Shown here one piece after another: positions 50,471 to 64,000 of a stretch of 64,000 nucleotides of DNA. The stretch comes from Paraspadella gotoi (taxonomy: Eukaryota; Animalia; Chaetognatha): contig JBJCIZ010000239.1 in NCBI GenBank assembly GCA_051294375.1, forward strand, positions 6,491,539-6,555,538. The letters run 5' to 3'. The notes beneath the pieces were generated by a model. That model saw only the letters and a list, made by a program, of their open reading frames with translations. It was not told the DNA's origin and searched no databases. The position numbers were made by a program, and so were the translations under genes. The number at the start of each line of letters is the position of its first letter. Position 1 is the stretch's first letter.

Positions 50471-53235
50471 ATAACATAAGGTAAACCACGACGAAAACAA
50501 CAACAAAAACAATAATTATAACAAAAACAACAACGTCAACAACTAAAACATCAAAACACCAATGACAACAACAACTAGAATATAGAAACAATGACTACAA
50601 AACAAGAACAACAACAACGACATCTCTCCCCCCTTCTCTCTAACCAGAGACGTAGCGACGAAGAGATAAGCGGCCGCAGCGAGAATCCCTTTCTCTCCGA
50701 CGAACCCTTCCTCCACGAATCGACGGACGGGGAAGAGCGGGGAGACGCCGAAGCCCACGACGCAGCAGAGCAGCGCCTGCAGCAGCTTGCGGAAGATGGC
50801 GGAGAGAGGGGAGGGGGATTGGGAGAGAGGGGTGGGTTCCGACGGGTGGGTCTGGATTTTTGGGGGGTAAGAGGGTGAGATGGGGTGGAAAGGGCGAAAG
50901 TGGGAAAGGATGAGCGGAAAAACATTTTTTTTATTACAAAACTTTCAGATTCCAATATTTTTTTATATCACTTTCCTATTCTCATTCTCTTAACCCTTAA
51001 CTTAGTCTTAAAATGGGGTTATTTGTGAAAATATAGACGATTTTTAAGGCCAGGCATTTGAAAAAAAAAAGATTAAAGAACAAGTCAATGATTCTTTCTA
51101 TTTGCAAATGAAAAAAACGAACAAAAAACATTTTAAGTTGCGCCGCGAGTACTAGCGGTGCAACTGTCGGTCGGTCGGTCAATCAATCGGTCGGTCGGTT
51201 TGTCGGATGGTCTGTCGGTCGGTCCGTTGATCTATCCCACTTACGTTTAAATGCTCATAAGTCAGGTAATACTGCATCAATTAAATTCGGATTTGGTAGG
51301 AAGGTAAGGTATCATAAGATCTTTCTTGTGCATATGTACTATACTTGTGCAGTTCTTTTTATAGTTATAATAATTAAAAGTTGTTTTTTTTACTACTGTC
51401 CGCTACCTAATCCTCCCATCTACACCCTGCCCCCACAAAATCCCCCCCCTACCCCCCCCCTCGGCAATCGACCCACAAACCCCGGTTCTCGTATCCACGT
51501 AATTCGTTCCTTCCACGAATCTCTTGTAGTCGTGATAAAAAGCGATGGGTCCGATCAAAACTCCGTGAAAGGAAAATAGGTAGGAGAAATATTCCAGCGC
51601 CGTCGGGAGGCGTCGGTAACAGGCGTCGTTCCACGGCGCCGCGGGAACGTACGGCGTCGACGACGCCGTTTCCGGGCTGACGGGATCCTGGTCGGCGGCG
51701 TTGGTGGCGGCGGTGGCGGCTTCGTCTTCCGGCGGGCGATTGTCGTAGAGAGCGAAAGCGAGAGAAGTGGTTTTCTGAGAAAAGACGGATGTAAAAAAAA
51801 TGTAAAAAAAGGGGTAAAATTTTAAAGTGTACATATAATATAATATTGAAAAATGTAAAAATATAAAAATGTATTGTAATGACCACTCGTTTTGAAAAAT
51901 AAATATTCGCTTTCAATGAAATTCAAGAGACTTTTGTTTTTCTTCTCTATTGTCTCCAGTTCGAACTGCCCTCTAACCTTCCTCCCGTTAAACCAAAAAG
52001 GAACCGTAACGGCGAACAAAAAAAAAAGAACAGTCGACGAGCGAAAGAGGAATATCGAATTCGAAATGGCCTTTTAAACGACTCTCTCTCACTCTCACTA
52101 TCCCCTCCTTCTCCCCCCCCACATCCTGCACCTCCCCGGTGCACCTCCTACCCTCCCGTCTTCCACACCTGCACCGCCAGCGATGACGGAAGTCGCCACC
52201 GTCAACGTCCATCCTCCGTAATCGTCCACCATCCGTTCCAGGTGCAGCGCGGAGAGATAGACGAAGACCTCGGACGCCACCGCCACGTGGGACCACTTCC
52301 GGTCCACGATGGACAGCGTGATGAAGGTCGTCGTCGCCAGCGCCGCCATGTGCAGCGTGGCGACGCCGTAGCAGACGACGCAGAGCGCGAATCCGACGAG
52401 GAACTCGATCCAGTGACGGAAGCGTGGCCCGACGCGGAGTGGATGGAGGACGAAACGGAAGAAGAGGCCGAAGACGAGGGAGGCCATCTGGAAATTGGAG
52501 GATGTGGGTAAGGGGATGTGGGGGAGTAAAGTGTGGGTGGAGGATGTGGGGAAATGTTGTGGGAGGGGGAAATTGTGGTTTCGGATTGAGGTGGACGGAG
52601 GCGAGGTGAAAAAATGTAGAGATTTCATTTACTACAACTTCTTTTACATCGGCCTTACTATTTGGCTCTCTTTTTCAAACGCCCCGTTTCTGTCCTTTCA
52701 ACCCATTAACTTAATTTTAACTTTAATATATAACCCCAATTTATTGATAAACCCAATTCCTAATCTTAATTCCTAACCTTAACCTAATTTTAAACCTTAA
52801 CCCTAAACCCTAATGTTTAACCATAATTCCTAAACCTAAACTCTCGTCCCTAACCTTAATCCCAAACCTTAATCCATAACCTATTCCTCATCTCTAACCT
52901 AATCTTCAAACCAACTTGATTAAGAAATTTAAGACGAAATGGGTGGTCTTACGGAAAATGTAACCACCCCCTCCCACTTGACTCCACGATCCCTCAACAT
53001 CCACCATCCCACCCTGAGCCCTAAAGCCCAACCCCAAACCCCAAGACCCCAAACTCCTCTCCTTCCTCCCAACCTCGCAGAAGAAGACGAGGAGGATGTC
53101 CTCCGAAACGCCGATCGAGTCAGAGAGAGAGACGAGGACGGCGAAGGAGGAGGAGGAAGAGGAGGGGGGCGTGGCGACGTCTCCGTCGACGATGGACGAG
53201 GGAGAAGTCGCCGTTTGAGCAGAGACGATCGTCAT
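48799..53235 (-). CDS. MBOAT-family lysophospholipid acyltransferase (MBOAT1/2-like), 7 coding exons
   Basis: Exons 53074-53235, 52169-52487 (one apparent 1-bp error), 51481-51774, 50645-50851, 49837-49987, 49228-49366, 48799-49126. Motifs: DYGGW, QKTTSLAFALYD, LEYFSYLFSF..GP..YHDY..F.EG, RYYFGW...GFG, WNKLTSRWLR, catalytic SSVWHGFYPGYY, C-terminal KKGKTE. Confidence 0.93.
49228..49366 (-). CDS. MBOAT catalytic exon
   Basis: LKMLVDKWNKLTSRWLRHLVYVRLSAPANLLLTYFVSSVWHGFYP. Confidence 0.92.
50400..50470. repeat. (ATC)n microsatellite in an MBOAT intron
   Basis: Perfect trinucleotide run. Confidence 0.95.
51481..51774 (-). CDS. MBOAT exon
   Basis: KTTSLAFALYD...PTALEYFSYLFSFHGVLIGPIAFYHDYKRFVEG. 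Confidence 0.92.
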
Positions 53236-54813
53236 GGCGAAGGCGAAGAAAGGCGAAGAAACTAAAAGTTCAGCCTGCAGGAATTGGCAAGAAAATAGTT
53301 GGGGGGGGGTAAAGTGAGGAGGTGGGAAAATAGATGATGACTAATCAGTGTCAGATCGACGGCAAAGATCAGGACTACAATCAAACAGTTTAGTGGCCGG
53401 TGAAATCTGACCCGCGCAGCTATGGACATGATAAAAAAAATATTTCTACCGATTCAACTGTTTTAATAAAATTTTATTATTTATAATTAAATTTTTACGA
53501 TAAAACTTTATCGTCGATTCCGTTTATTATTAAACTTTATAATTTTTTTAATAATTTTATTAATTGAATTCGCATTGCGTCAAAAGTATTTATCAAAAGT
53601 CAGGGACAAAAAAGCTTATCTATGGAATGAATAGAAAAAATTCACATTGATTGTAATAACTTGATAATCGTTTGTTTGAAAAATCTGTTCCCATCGAATT
53701 ATGATAAGAAAAATATGGTTAAAAGTTAAAGATAAAGTCGCTAAAATTGAGCCTAACTGATGCCTTATAAAACGTTACCTCTAATGCGTCTCCGGCGATA
53801 AATTAATCAAATTAATTAAATTAAACTTCGCCCCGAAAAAAACTCAGTCACGAACGAATAACGAAATTTGTTTTCTTTTCTCTCTTTTTTTTTCGTAGAT
53901 AAACGAATTTCGACGGTATCGACTAGAAAATTGGGTTCGCAACGAATTTAAGACCATTTTCTTTTTTTAGCGATTCGCTTTTTCGAGTTCGCGTGCTCAG
54001 CGGGATTGCGCAACGGTATAGAAGAGAGAAGCGACTATTGTGTATCGTGACAGAACATGGCAAAAGTTTACAGGGCATGGGAAAGGTTTGGTATTATTCT
54101 CTGCTTCGGTATTTTCGACGGACGAGAAAAAAAAAGATACGGAGAATCCGTCCGGTTTGACCTCTCGGTGACAATTTTGGTATAATTAAAAGGAGGAAAT
54201 ATTTGTTATGAAAAAAAAGGGGGAAAATGCTTTAAATTTAAATTTGATCGATTGATAAATAACTTTCGATTGGGATTTAAGGATTAGTTCAATGTTTTTT
54301 TTTTTTGTTTTTTTTATGATTCGCGCGAGAAATTTTGTTGTTGTATTGTGATAATAACTGAAAATTTATATTTTGTTATCTCGCGACCCCGCAGGCATAG
54401 AAAATACAATATATTTGGGTAGAGAGTTAGTTTAAAAAGTATATACAAATATGATAGACCTATTGAATTGAAAAGCGGTAAAAACTGCAATTTTTAAATT
54501 AGAAAGAGTTATCACAGGAATTGGATCAAGGGACCTCCAACACATGTTTTAGCCATTGTCGCCATAGAATAAATAAATACTTAAAATATTGGTCTGATTA
54601 AGAATAAGCAAAAATTTAATCCTAAATTTTATTGTGACTGGTAGTGGTAAATTTTAACAATTCTTGTCTTTACATAATAATTGGGGATGAGCATCGTTTC
54701 TAAACAACTCATTNNNNNNNNNNNNNNNNNNNNNNNNNNNNNNNNNNNNNNNNNNNNNNNNNNNNNNNNNNNNNNNNNNNNNNNNNNNNNNNNNNNNNNN
54801 NNNNNNNNNNNNN

Positions 54814-57800
54814 TTTCTTTGTTTCAAAAGTTTTTATCTCTTTGGAAAAGTCGCTTGCTGGTGTTTTAAACGTTTTTATCTCTTTTCACTTAGGAAATGT
54901 CGTCTGCCGATGTTTTTAACGTTTTTATCTATTTTTACATTGGAAAAGTCGTTTGTCGGTATTTTTTATCTTTTTTTACATTGGAAAAATCGTTTGCCGG
55001 TTTTTTTAAAGTTTTTATCTTTTTTTATATTGGAAAAGAAGTTTGCTAGTGTTTTTAACGTTTTTATCTCTTTTTACATAGGAAATGTGGTCTGCCGGTC
55101 TATTTAACGTTTTTATCTCTTTTTACATTGGAAAAGTCGTTTGTCGATGTTTTGAACCTTTTCATCTCTTTTTATATTGAAAAAGTTGTTTGACGAAGTT
55201 TTTACCGTTTTTATTTCTTTTTACATTGAAAATATCGTTTGCCGGTGTTTTCTACGTTTTTGTCTCTTTTTACATTTGAAAAAGCGATTTTCTTTGTTTC
55301 AAAAGTTTTCATCTCTTTTTATATTGGCAAAGTCGTTTTCTGGTGTTTTTAACGTTTTTATCTCTTTTTACATAGGAAATGTCGTCTGCCGGTGTATTTA
55401 ACGTTTTTATCTCTTTTTACATTGGAAAAGTCGTTTGTCGGTGTTTTTTATCTCTTTTTACATTGGAAAAATCGTTTTCCAGTGTTTTTGACTTTTTTAT
55501 CCATTTTTAAATTAAAAAAGTCGATTGTCGTTGTGAAAGTCGTTTGCCAAAGTTTTTAACGTTTTTATTTCTTTTTACATTGAAAAAGTTGTTTGCCGAT
55601 GTTTTCAACGTTTTTATCTCTCTTTACATTGGAAAAGTCGTTTGTCAACTTTTACCCTTTTTACATTGGAAATGTCGTTCTGCCGGTTTGTATTTAACGT
55701 TTTATCTTTTTACATTGGAATGTCTTCTGGCGGTGTATTTAACGTTTTTTATATCTTTTTTACATTGGAAAGTCGTTTGGCGATGTTTTAACCTTTTTAT
55801 CTCTTTTTATATTGAAAAAGTTTTGTTGCCGAAGTTTGTTTAACGTTTTGATTTTCTTTTTACATTGAATATTCGTTTTCGCCGGTGTTTTCTACGTTTT
55901 TATCTTTTTTTACGATGGGAAAAGCGTTTTCTAAAGTTTTTTATGTACTTTTTATATTTGAAAAGGTCGTTTGTCGTCTGTTTTTAACACATTTATTTCT
56001 TTTTTACATTTGGAATAAATCGTGTTTCTATTAATTTTTAACGTTTTTCATTTATTTCTTTACACAAGGAAAAGTCGGTTTTCTGTTTGTTTTTTAACGT
56101 TATTCTATTCTCTTTTTCTTTGAAAATATCGTTTTTTCCGGTTGTTTTTCACGTTTTATCTCTTTTACATTGGAAAAAAGCGTTTTTCTTTGTTTTAAAG
56201 TTTTTATCTTCCTTTACATTGAAGAAGTTGTTTTCTGGTGTTTTCAACCTTTTTTTATCCTTTTCTTACAATGGAAAAGACGTTGTGTTTCGGTGTTTTA
56301 CGTTTTTTATCTTTTTTGGTTTGGAAAAGTTCGTTTTCTGGTGTTTTTTAAAGTTTTCAGCTCCTTTACATAGGCAAAAGACAAAGGAAAAGTCCTTTTT
56401 CGGTGTTTTTAACGTTTTCTCTATTTTTACAAAAGAAAAGTCGCTTTTTTGTTTTAACGTTTTTAGCTTTTTTACGACGAATAGTCGTTTGACAGGTTTT
56501 TTAACGTTTTATTTCTTTTTTATTGGAAAAGTCGTTTGCCAAAGTGTTAGACGTTTTATCTCTATTTTTACATTGGAAAAAGCGTTTTGCTTTTTCTTTG
56601 TTTTTTAATAGTTATTATCTTTTTGGAAAAGTCGTTTTGCTTGTGTTTCTTTAACGTGTTTTATCTCTTTTTACATAGGAAATGTCGTCTGCCCGGAGTG
56701 TATTTAACGTTTTATTGTTTTTACATTAGAAAAGTCGTTTATCGGTATTTTTTATCTTTTTTTACATTGCGAAAAATCGTTTGGCCGGTTTTTTTTAAAG
56801 TTTTTTATCTCTTTTTTACATTGAAAAGTTGTTGTGTCGAGTTTTTAACCTCTTTTACCTCTTTTTATATTGCAAAATGTTTTCCAAGTTTTTAGTTTTT
56901 TTCTTTCATTATAAATTGTTTCACGTTTTTACTTTTAATGTTTTACATTGGAAAAAGTATTCTTTCTTTGTTTTTAAATTTGTTTATCTCTTTAACTTGG
57001 AAAAATCAGTTCCGTGTCTTTAAGTTCTAATTGTTCTCTTTTATAATGGAAAAGTCGTTTGCGGAATTTTTTAACGCATTTATTTTCTTTTACATTGGAA
57101 AAAATCCGTCTTTTCTGTCATTTTTAACGTTGTTTCATATCTTTTTACCAAACGGCAAGTCAGTTTTCTTGGTGTTTTAAACGTTTTTATCTCTTTGAGA
57201 GTGAGATGAAAGCTACAGATAATTAACAAGAGAAAAAGGCCGAAGATGAAGAAGAGTAATAAGAGAGAAATTGTTTGTTTTGATAAATTGTAAAAAAAAA
57301 CATTAAAATTTAATAACTCTCCTCACCCAGCGATGATGTTTGCAGAAGTTTTTAACGTTTTTTTTTTCTTTTTTCTTTGAAAAACGTTTTGAGGTGTTTT
57401 CTACGTTTTATCTCTTCTATACATTGAAAAAAGCGTTGTCTTTCATCTCGTTTGTACATTGAAGAAGTTGTTATCTTGGTGTTTTCAACCTTTTTATCCT
57501 TTTTACAATGGAAAAGGACGTTTTTTCGGTTTTTTTAACGGTTTTATTTCTTTTGACATTTGGAAAAAGTCGTTTTCTGGGTTTTTAACGTTTTTAGATC
57601 TTGTTTACATAGGCGAAAGAAAACGTGAGAATTCGTTTTTCGGCTGTTTTCTAACGTTTTTTAGCTCTTCTTTACATAGGAAAGAAAAGGAAAAGTCGGT
57701 TTTTCGGGATGTTTTTTAACGTTTTTTTCTCTTTTTACAAAGAAAGTCGTCTTTTTTTGATGTTTTTTAACGTTTTTAGCTTTTTTCTTACATTCAGTAA

Positions 57801-60800
57801 TAGTCGTTTGACGGGTTTCTTCAACGGCTTTATTGTCTTTTTTTATTGAAAAGTCGTTTGCCAAAGGTTTTAACGGTTTTTATCTCTTTTACATTGGAAA
57901 AAGCGTTTTTCGTTGTTTTTTTAAAGTTTTTATCTCTTTGGAAAAAGTCGTTTTGCTTGGTGTTTTTTAAAGTTTTATCTCTTTTTACATAGGGAAATGT
58001 CGTCTTGCCGCGTGTAATTTAACGTTTTTATCTCTTTTCTACTTTAGAAAAAGTCGTTTTATCGTTGTTTTTTATCTCTCTTTTAGCATTGGAAAAATCG
58101 TTTTCCGCGTTTTTTTAAAGTTTTTTATCTTTTTTTATTTGGAAAAGAAGTTTGCAAGCGTGTTTTTAAACTTTTATCTCTATGTTACATTGCGCAAATG
58201 TCGTCTGTCGGTGTATTTAACGTTTTTTTTTATCTTTTTTTTTACTTTTGGAAAGTCGTTTGGCGATGTTTTTTAACCTTTTTATTATTATTTTATATCT
58301 GAAAAGGTTGTTTGCCGAACTTTTTTAAAGTTTTTTATTTCTTTTTACATGAAAAATAAAAAAGTTTACATTGAAAATATCGTTTTGCGGTGGTTTTCTA
58401 CGTTTTTATCTCTTTTTTACATTGGAAAATCGTTTTTTCTTTGTTTTTAAAGTTTTTATCTCTTTTACATTGAGAAGTTGTTTTTTTTGGTGTTATTCAA
58501 CGTTTTTTATCCTTTTTTTACAATGGAAAAGATGTTTTTCACGTGTTTTTATTTTTTTTTATTTTCTTTTTCGACATTGCAAAAGTTTTTTTCCGGTGTT
58601 TTGTAGTTCACGTTTTTAGCTCACTTTTAATAGGCAAAGTCGTTTCTACAGATATCTGTTGTTAACGTTTTTATCTATTTTTACATGGTAAAGAAGAAGT
58701 GTTTGTCGGTGTTTTTAATCTTGTATTTTATTTTTATATTGCAAAAAAAACGTTGCCGAATTTTTTAACGTATTTATTTTCTTTTTACATTGAAAAATAT
58801 CGTTTGCCGGTATTTCTACCGTTTTTATCACTTTTACATTGGAAAAAGTGTTTTCTTTGGTTTTTTAAAAGTTTTTACTCTTTAGAAAAGTCGTTTGCTT
58901 AGTGTTTTTTAATGTTTTTATCTCTTTTTACATAAGAAATATCGGTCTTCCCGGTTTGTTATTTAACGTTTTTTATTTCTTTTTTACATTAAGAAAAAGA
59001 CGTTTATCGTTGTTTTTTATTCTCTTTTTACAATTGGAAAATATCGCTTTTGCGTGTTTTTTTAAAGTTTTTTATCTTTTTTATTATTGGAAAAGAAGTT
59101 TGCAAGTTGTTTATAAACTTTTTATCATCTTTTTACATTAGAAATGTTCGTCTGCCGCGCTCTGTATTTAACGTTTTTATCTCTTTTTACATTGGAAAAG
59201 TCGTTTGGCATGTTTTTAACCTTTTTATCTCTTTTTACATTGAAAAAGTGTGCCGAACGTTTTTAACGTTTTTTATCGTTTTATCGTTTGCCGGTGTTTT
59301 TCTTACGTTTTATTCTTTTTTTACGATGGAAAAAAGCGCGTTATTTATTGTTTCTAAAGTTTTATCTCTTTTTATATTTGAAAAGTCTTGTCGGTGTTTT
59401 GAACACATTTATTTCTTTTTACAATTGGAAAATCGTTTTCTGTTATTTTAACGTTTTTCATATCTTTTTACAAAGGAAAAGTCGTTTTCTAGTGTTTTTA
59501 ACTTTTTAATTTCTTTTTTCTTGAAAATATTGTTTGCCGGTGTTTTTCTACGTTTTTATCTCTTGTTGTACACTTGAAGAAGCGTTTTTCTTATGTTTTT
59601 AAAGCTTTTTATCTCTTTTTACATTGATGAAGTTGTTTTTGTGTTTTCAAACGTTTTTTTCCTTTTTTACAATGGAAAGGAGTTTTTTCGGTTTTATTGT
59701 TTTTATCTTCTTTGACATTGGAAAAGTCGTTTTCCGGTGTTTTTAACGGTTTTTAGATAATTTTACATAGGAAAAGTCGTTTGCCGATGATTTAACGTTT
59801 TTACCTCTTTTACATTGGCATCAAATTGTTTGTCGGTGTTTTTTAACCTTTTTATTTATTTTTATATGCCAAAAAATGTTGCCGAATTTCTTTAACGTTT
59901 TTATTTCTTTGTTGTTTTTTGTACATTGAAAAATATCGTTTGCGTATTTTCTACGTTTTATCTCCTTTTTATAATTGAAAAAGCGTTTTTCTTTTTTTTT
60001 TTAAAGTTTTTAATCTCTGTTAGAAAAGTAGCGTTTGAACTAGTGTATTTACGTTTTTATTTCTCTTTTTACATTAAGAAAAGTCGTTTAATCGGTATTT
60101 TTTATCTTTTTTTACATTTATTTCTTTTTACATTGAAAAAAGTTGGTTTGCCAGATGTTTTCAACGTTTTTATCTCTCTTTACATTGGAAAAGTCGTTTG
60201 TCGGGGTTTTTAAACATTTTGATTTCTTTTTATATTTTGAAAAAATTATTTCCCGTTTTTTAACGTTTTTATCTCTTTTGACATTGGAAAAGCGTTTTCA
60301 GTGTTTTTAACGTTTTTAGCTCTTTTACAGTGTTTTAACGTTTTTCATTTTTTTTACTAGGAAAAAGTCGTTTTACGTTTTGTTTTTAACGTTTTATCTT
60401 CATTCTACAAAATAAAAGTCGTTTTCTGGTTTTTCAAAGTTTTACTTTTTTTACATTGTAAAAGCTATGTTTTTGCCAAAGTTTTTAGCGTTTTATTTCT
60501 TTTTTATTTAAAAAGTCGTTTGCCGGTTGTTTTCAACGTTTATCTTTTTACATTGGAAAGTCGTCTACGGTGTTTTTAACTTTTTAATTTTTTTACAAAG
60601 GAAAGTCGTTTGTGTGTGTTTTTTAACTTTTTAATTAAAAATTCGTATTGTCGGTGTTTTTAACTTTTATATCTCTTTATAGATAGGAAAAGTCGTACGC
60701 CGATGTTTTTAACGTTTTTATCTTTTTATACATTGGAAAATTGTTTGGCCAGTGTTTTTAACATTTTAACTATTTTTACATAGGAAGACCTTGTTTGACC

Positions 60801-62280
60801 GGGGTTTTCAACGTTTTTTTTTTCTTTTTTTATTGGAAAATTCGTTTTGTTAAAGTTTTTAANNNNNNNNNNNNNNNNNNNNNNNNNTTTAACGTTTTTA
60901 TTTCTTTTTACATTGAAAAAGTTTTTTGCCGGTGTTTTCAACGTTTTTATCTCTTGTTAAATTGGAAAAGTCGTTTTACAGTATTTTTAACGTTTTCATC
61001 TTTTTTTACTAAAGAAAAGTCGTTTTCCGGTGTTTTTAACGTTTTTATCTCATTCTACAAAAGAAAAGTCGTTTTCTGGTGTTTTTAACGTTTTTATCTC
61101 TTTTTACAACCAAAAAGTCGTTTGCTGGTGTTTTTAACCTTTTTACCTCTTTTTATATTGAAAAAATTGTTTTCCAAAGTTTTTAATGTTTTTTTTCCTT
61201 TTACATAGAAAATATCGTTTGCCGGTGTTTTTTTACGTTTTTATCTCTTTTTACATTGAAAAAATCTTTTTTCCTTGTTTTTAACGTTTTCATCTCCTTT
61301 TACCAAAGAAAAGTCGTTTTCCGGTGTTTTTAACGTTTTTAGCTCTTTTTACATATGAAAAGTCCATGTTTTTAACCTTTTTATCTTTTTTATATTGAAA
61401 AAGTTTTTTGCCGAAGTTTTTAATGTTTTTATTTCTTTTTACATTGAAAATATCGTTTGCCGGTGTTTTCTACGTTTTTTTCTCTTTTTACATTGGAAAA
61501 AGCGATTTTCTTTGTTTTTAAAGTTTTTATCTCTTTTTATATTGGAAATGTCGTCTGCCGGTGTATTTAACGTTTTTATCTCTTTTTACATTGGAAAAGT
61601 CGTTTGTCGGTGTTTTTAATGCATTTATCTCTTTTTACATTGGAAAAATCGTTTTCTGTTATTTTCAACGTTTTCATATCTTTTTCTCGTGTTTTTAACG
61701 TTTTTATCTCTAGAGAGTGAGAGAGAGCTACATGTAATTAAAAGAGAAAAGAGAGAGAGAAGGAGACATAAAAATAAAAGAGAGGAAATTTGTTTGTTTT
61801 GATAAAACGTAAAAAAAACATATTTAATAACTGTTCTCACCCAATTTTAACAACCTCGATGATGTGAAGCTGTATGTCGTATTGAACCACGAACTTTCAG
61901 GGTCGCTCTCTCTTTCTTTGTGGCTATCGCCACTCCGGTTTTTAATAAATAGATATTCCATCCCCTCTATAACTATTGTAGCCTGTAAATTGAAAATATT
62001 GTTTGCCGGTGTTTTCTACGTGTTTATTTTTTTTACATTGAAAAAATCGTTTTTCCTTGTTTTTAACTTTTTTATCCATTTTTAAATTGAAAAAGTCGAT
62101 TGTCGCTGGGAAAATCGTTTGCCACAGTTTTTAACGTTTTTATTTCTTTTTACATTGAAAAAGTTGTTTGCCGGTGTTTTCAATGTTTTTAGCTCTTTTT
62201 ACATTGGAAAAGTTGTTTTCCGGTGTTTTTAACGTTTTTATCTCTTTCTACAAAAGAAAAGTCGATTTCTGGTGTTTTTA
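54814..62280. repeat. 49-bp AT-rich satellite array
   Basis: Consensus TTTTTACATTGGAAAAGTCGTTTGYCGGTGTTTTTAACGTTTTTATCTC; period 49 seen at 61561/61610. Confidence 0.92.
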
Positions 62281-62284
62281 GTCT

Positions 62285-62920
62285 GATCTGTTTATCAGCA
62301 GATCCCGACTCTATAATTCACTTTGTCGGTCCGTCGGTCCGCCCCCTCAATATTGTCGGGCACACTCTTGTATCATGTCAGAACATCGAATTATGATTAA
62401 TTATGCAAAAAAAACGATGTCCGTCCGTCCGTCTGTCCGTCCGTCCGTCCGTCCGTCCGTCCCACCTTAGCAAAAAACTCCAATTACTCGTGATTGGATG
62501 GATGGATTGGTATGAAATTTTGTGTGTGGGTAGGAAACTGTGTGATTGAGATGGATATGCGGTTTCGAAGGAATCGTGCGAGTGGAAATTGGTTTAAATG
62601 GAAAAAACAAAAAAATATATTTCACTATTTGAACGCCAATTGCTCATGAGTGGATAAGGCAATTGACTTGAAATTTTGTTTGATGGTAGGACAGTGTGTG
62701 ATCGAGCTGGATATAAAGTTTCGATGGAATCGATAAAATTGATAAATTATTATTCCGATAACATTGTTTTATCACATGAAAGCTTGCAGGGACCTGCTAT
62801 GTAATTATCTTGTAAGAGTGATGGAGGCCTTAAACACCAAAGCCTGTCCAAAATCAGGGGCAAGATAGCTTATTTATTAAATGAATGGATAATTTTTATA
62901 TTGGTTGTACCAATTTCATG
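62285..62920 (+). mobile_element. Helentron/DINE-1-like non-autonomous element(s)
   Basis: (GTCC)n tract at 62419-62461 and repeated TGAAATTTTG; 62780-62920 is the reverse complement of 44881-45025. Confidence 0.5.
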
Positions 62921-63843
62921 CAATATTCTAGTAAGGCGGGCCAAAATTGAACACTTTTTATTAACTTCTAGTTCTCTCAAAAAAATTTATTTTTCCTTCT
63001 ACTACTAAATCGATTTTCAATGTAATTTTTTGAATTAGTTCATTGGGTTGTTGCACTGAAGCTTTTAAATATTTATTAATATATAAAAATGACAAAAAAA
63101 ATTTTTTAATGTGATTTTTTAAGAACGGGTTCTTGTAGAGCTAAAAAGTTAAATGAAAGTTAGTACTATAATTTTTTTTCAAATTTTGACAATAAATTGT
63201 TAAAAATAGAAAAAACCTTAAAAAATCATCATCATCATCATTATTGGCTGAATTTTATTTTTTTTAATTTTTCATTAATAAAACAAAAAAAATTTAAAAA
63301 GTTGTATTAATAACTTTTATCTAACTTTTAAAGCTCTATCAGAATCTATAAAAAAATTGATAAGCATAATTTTAAAAATTATTTTCATTTTCATATTATT
63401 TAATAGTCGCTTAACCATTATTTATTTGACAGAACTTCTAGTTTTCAACCTGTTTCGGCCTAAATATCTAGTAAAGCGGGCCAAATTGAACACTTTTTTA
63501 TAACTTCTAGTTCTCTTTTAAATTTTTTTTTTCCTTTTACTACTAAATCGATTTTCAATGTAACTTTTTGAATTAGTTCATTGGGTTGTTGCACTGAAGC
63601 TTTTAAATATTTATTAATATATAATAATTATATAAAGTTTTGACGGAATTGTGCCAGTGGAAATGAGTTTAGATGGAAAAAACATAAGTCACATTTACTT
63701 GAATCTCTAATATTAATGATTACTAATAAATGTTTTAATTAATGAATTAATTAATGAATTAATTAATTAATGTGAAAAAATGATGTAAGTTAAAAAATCT
63801 TAAAAGCATAAAGATCGTCGCAATTGCATAAAGAGAGAGAGAT

Positions 63844-63908
<65 letters not shown>

Positions 63909-64000
63909 AAGAGAAGGAGACATAAAATAAAATAGAGGATATTTGTTTGTTTTGATAAAATGTAAACAAAACATATTTAATAACTGTCCTAACCCAATTT

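Noticed and set aside
50391-50591. Poly-Met ORF
   Set aside because: Intronic (ATC)n microsatellite
54814-62280. Many F/L-rich ORFs and a CRISPR-like periodicity
   Set aside because: Contiguous 49-bp satellite with no unique spacers and no cas genes; eukaryotic context

Overview
AT-rich, intron-rich eukaryotic DNA (probably an invertebrate animal; the species cannot be determined) from an error-prone long-read assembly. Two minus-strand genes can be reconstructed exon by exon. One is an ABCA-subfamily ABC transporter (ATG at 47591, running off the left edge within TMD2). The other is an MBOAT1/2-like lysophospholipid acyltransferase (53235->48799). A ~9-12 kb block of the ABCA gene appears three times (~1.6-10.2, 10.2-22.6 and 23.6-36.0 kb), most likely an assembly artefact. 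Also present: an intronic tRNA-Arg(ACG), hAT-type and TA-flanked MITEs, a LINE remnant, Helentron-like elements and a 49-bp satellite. The main finding is four unrelated short repeat families, each with a tRNA-derived Pol III head followed by a circularly permuted (P5-type) twister ribozyme fold. Pseudoknot pairs covary between families, and P1 is reduced to a 6-8 nt, mostly self-complementary linker that might pair between two ribozymes. All folds were derived by eye and are untested.
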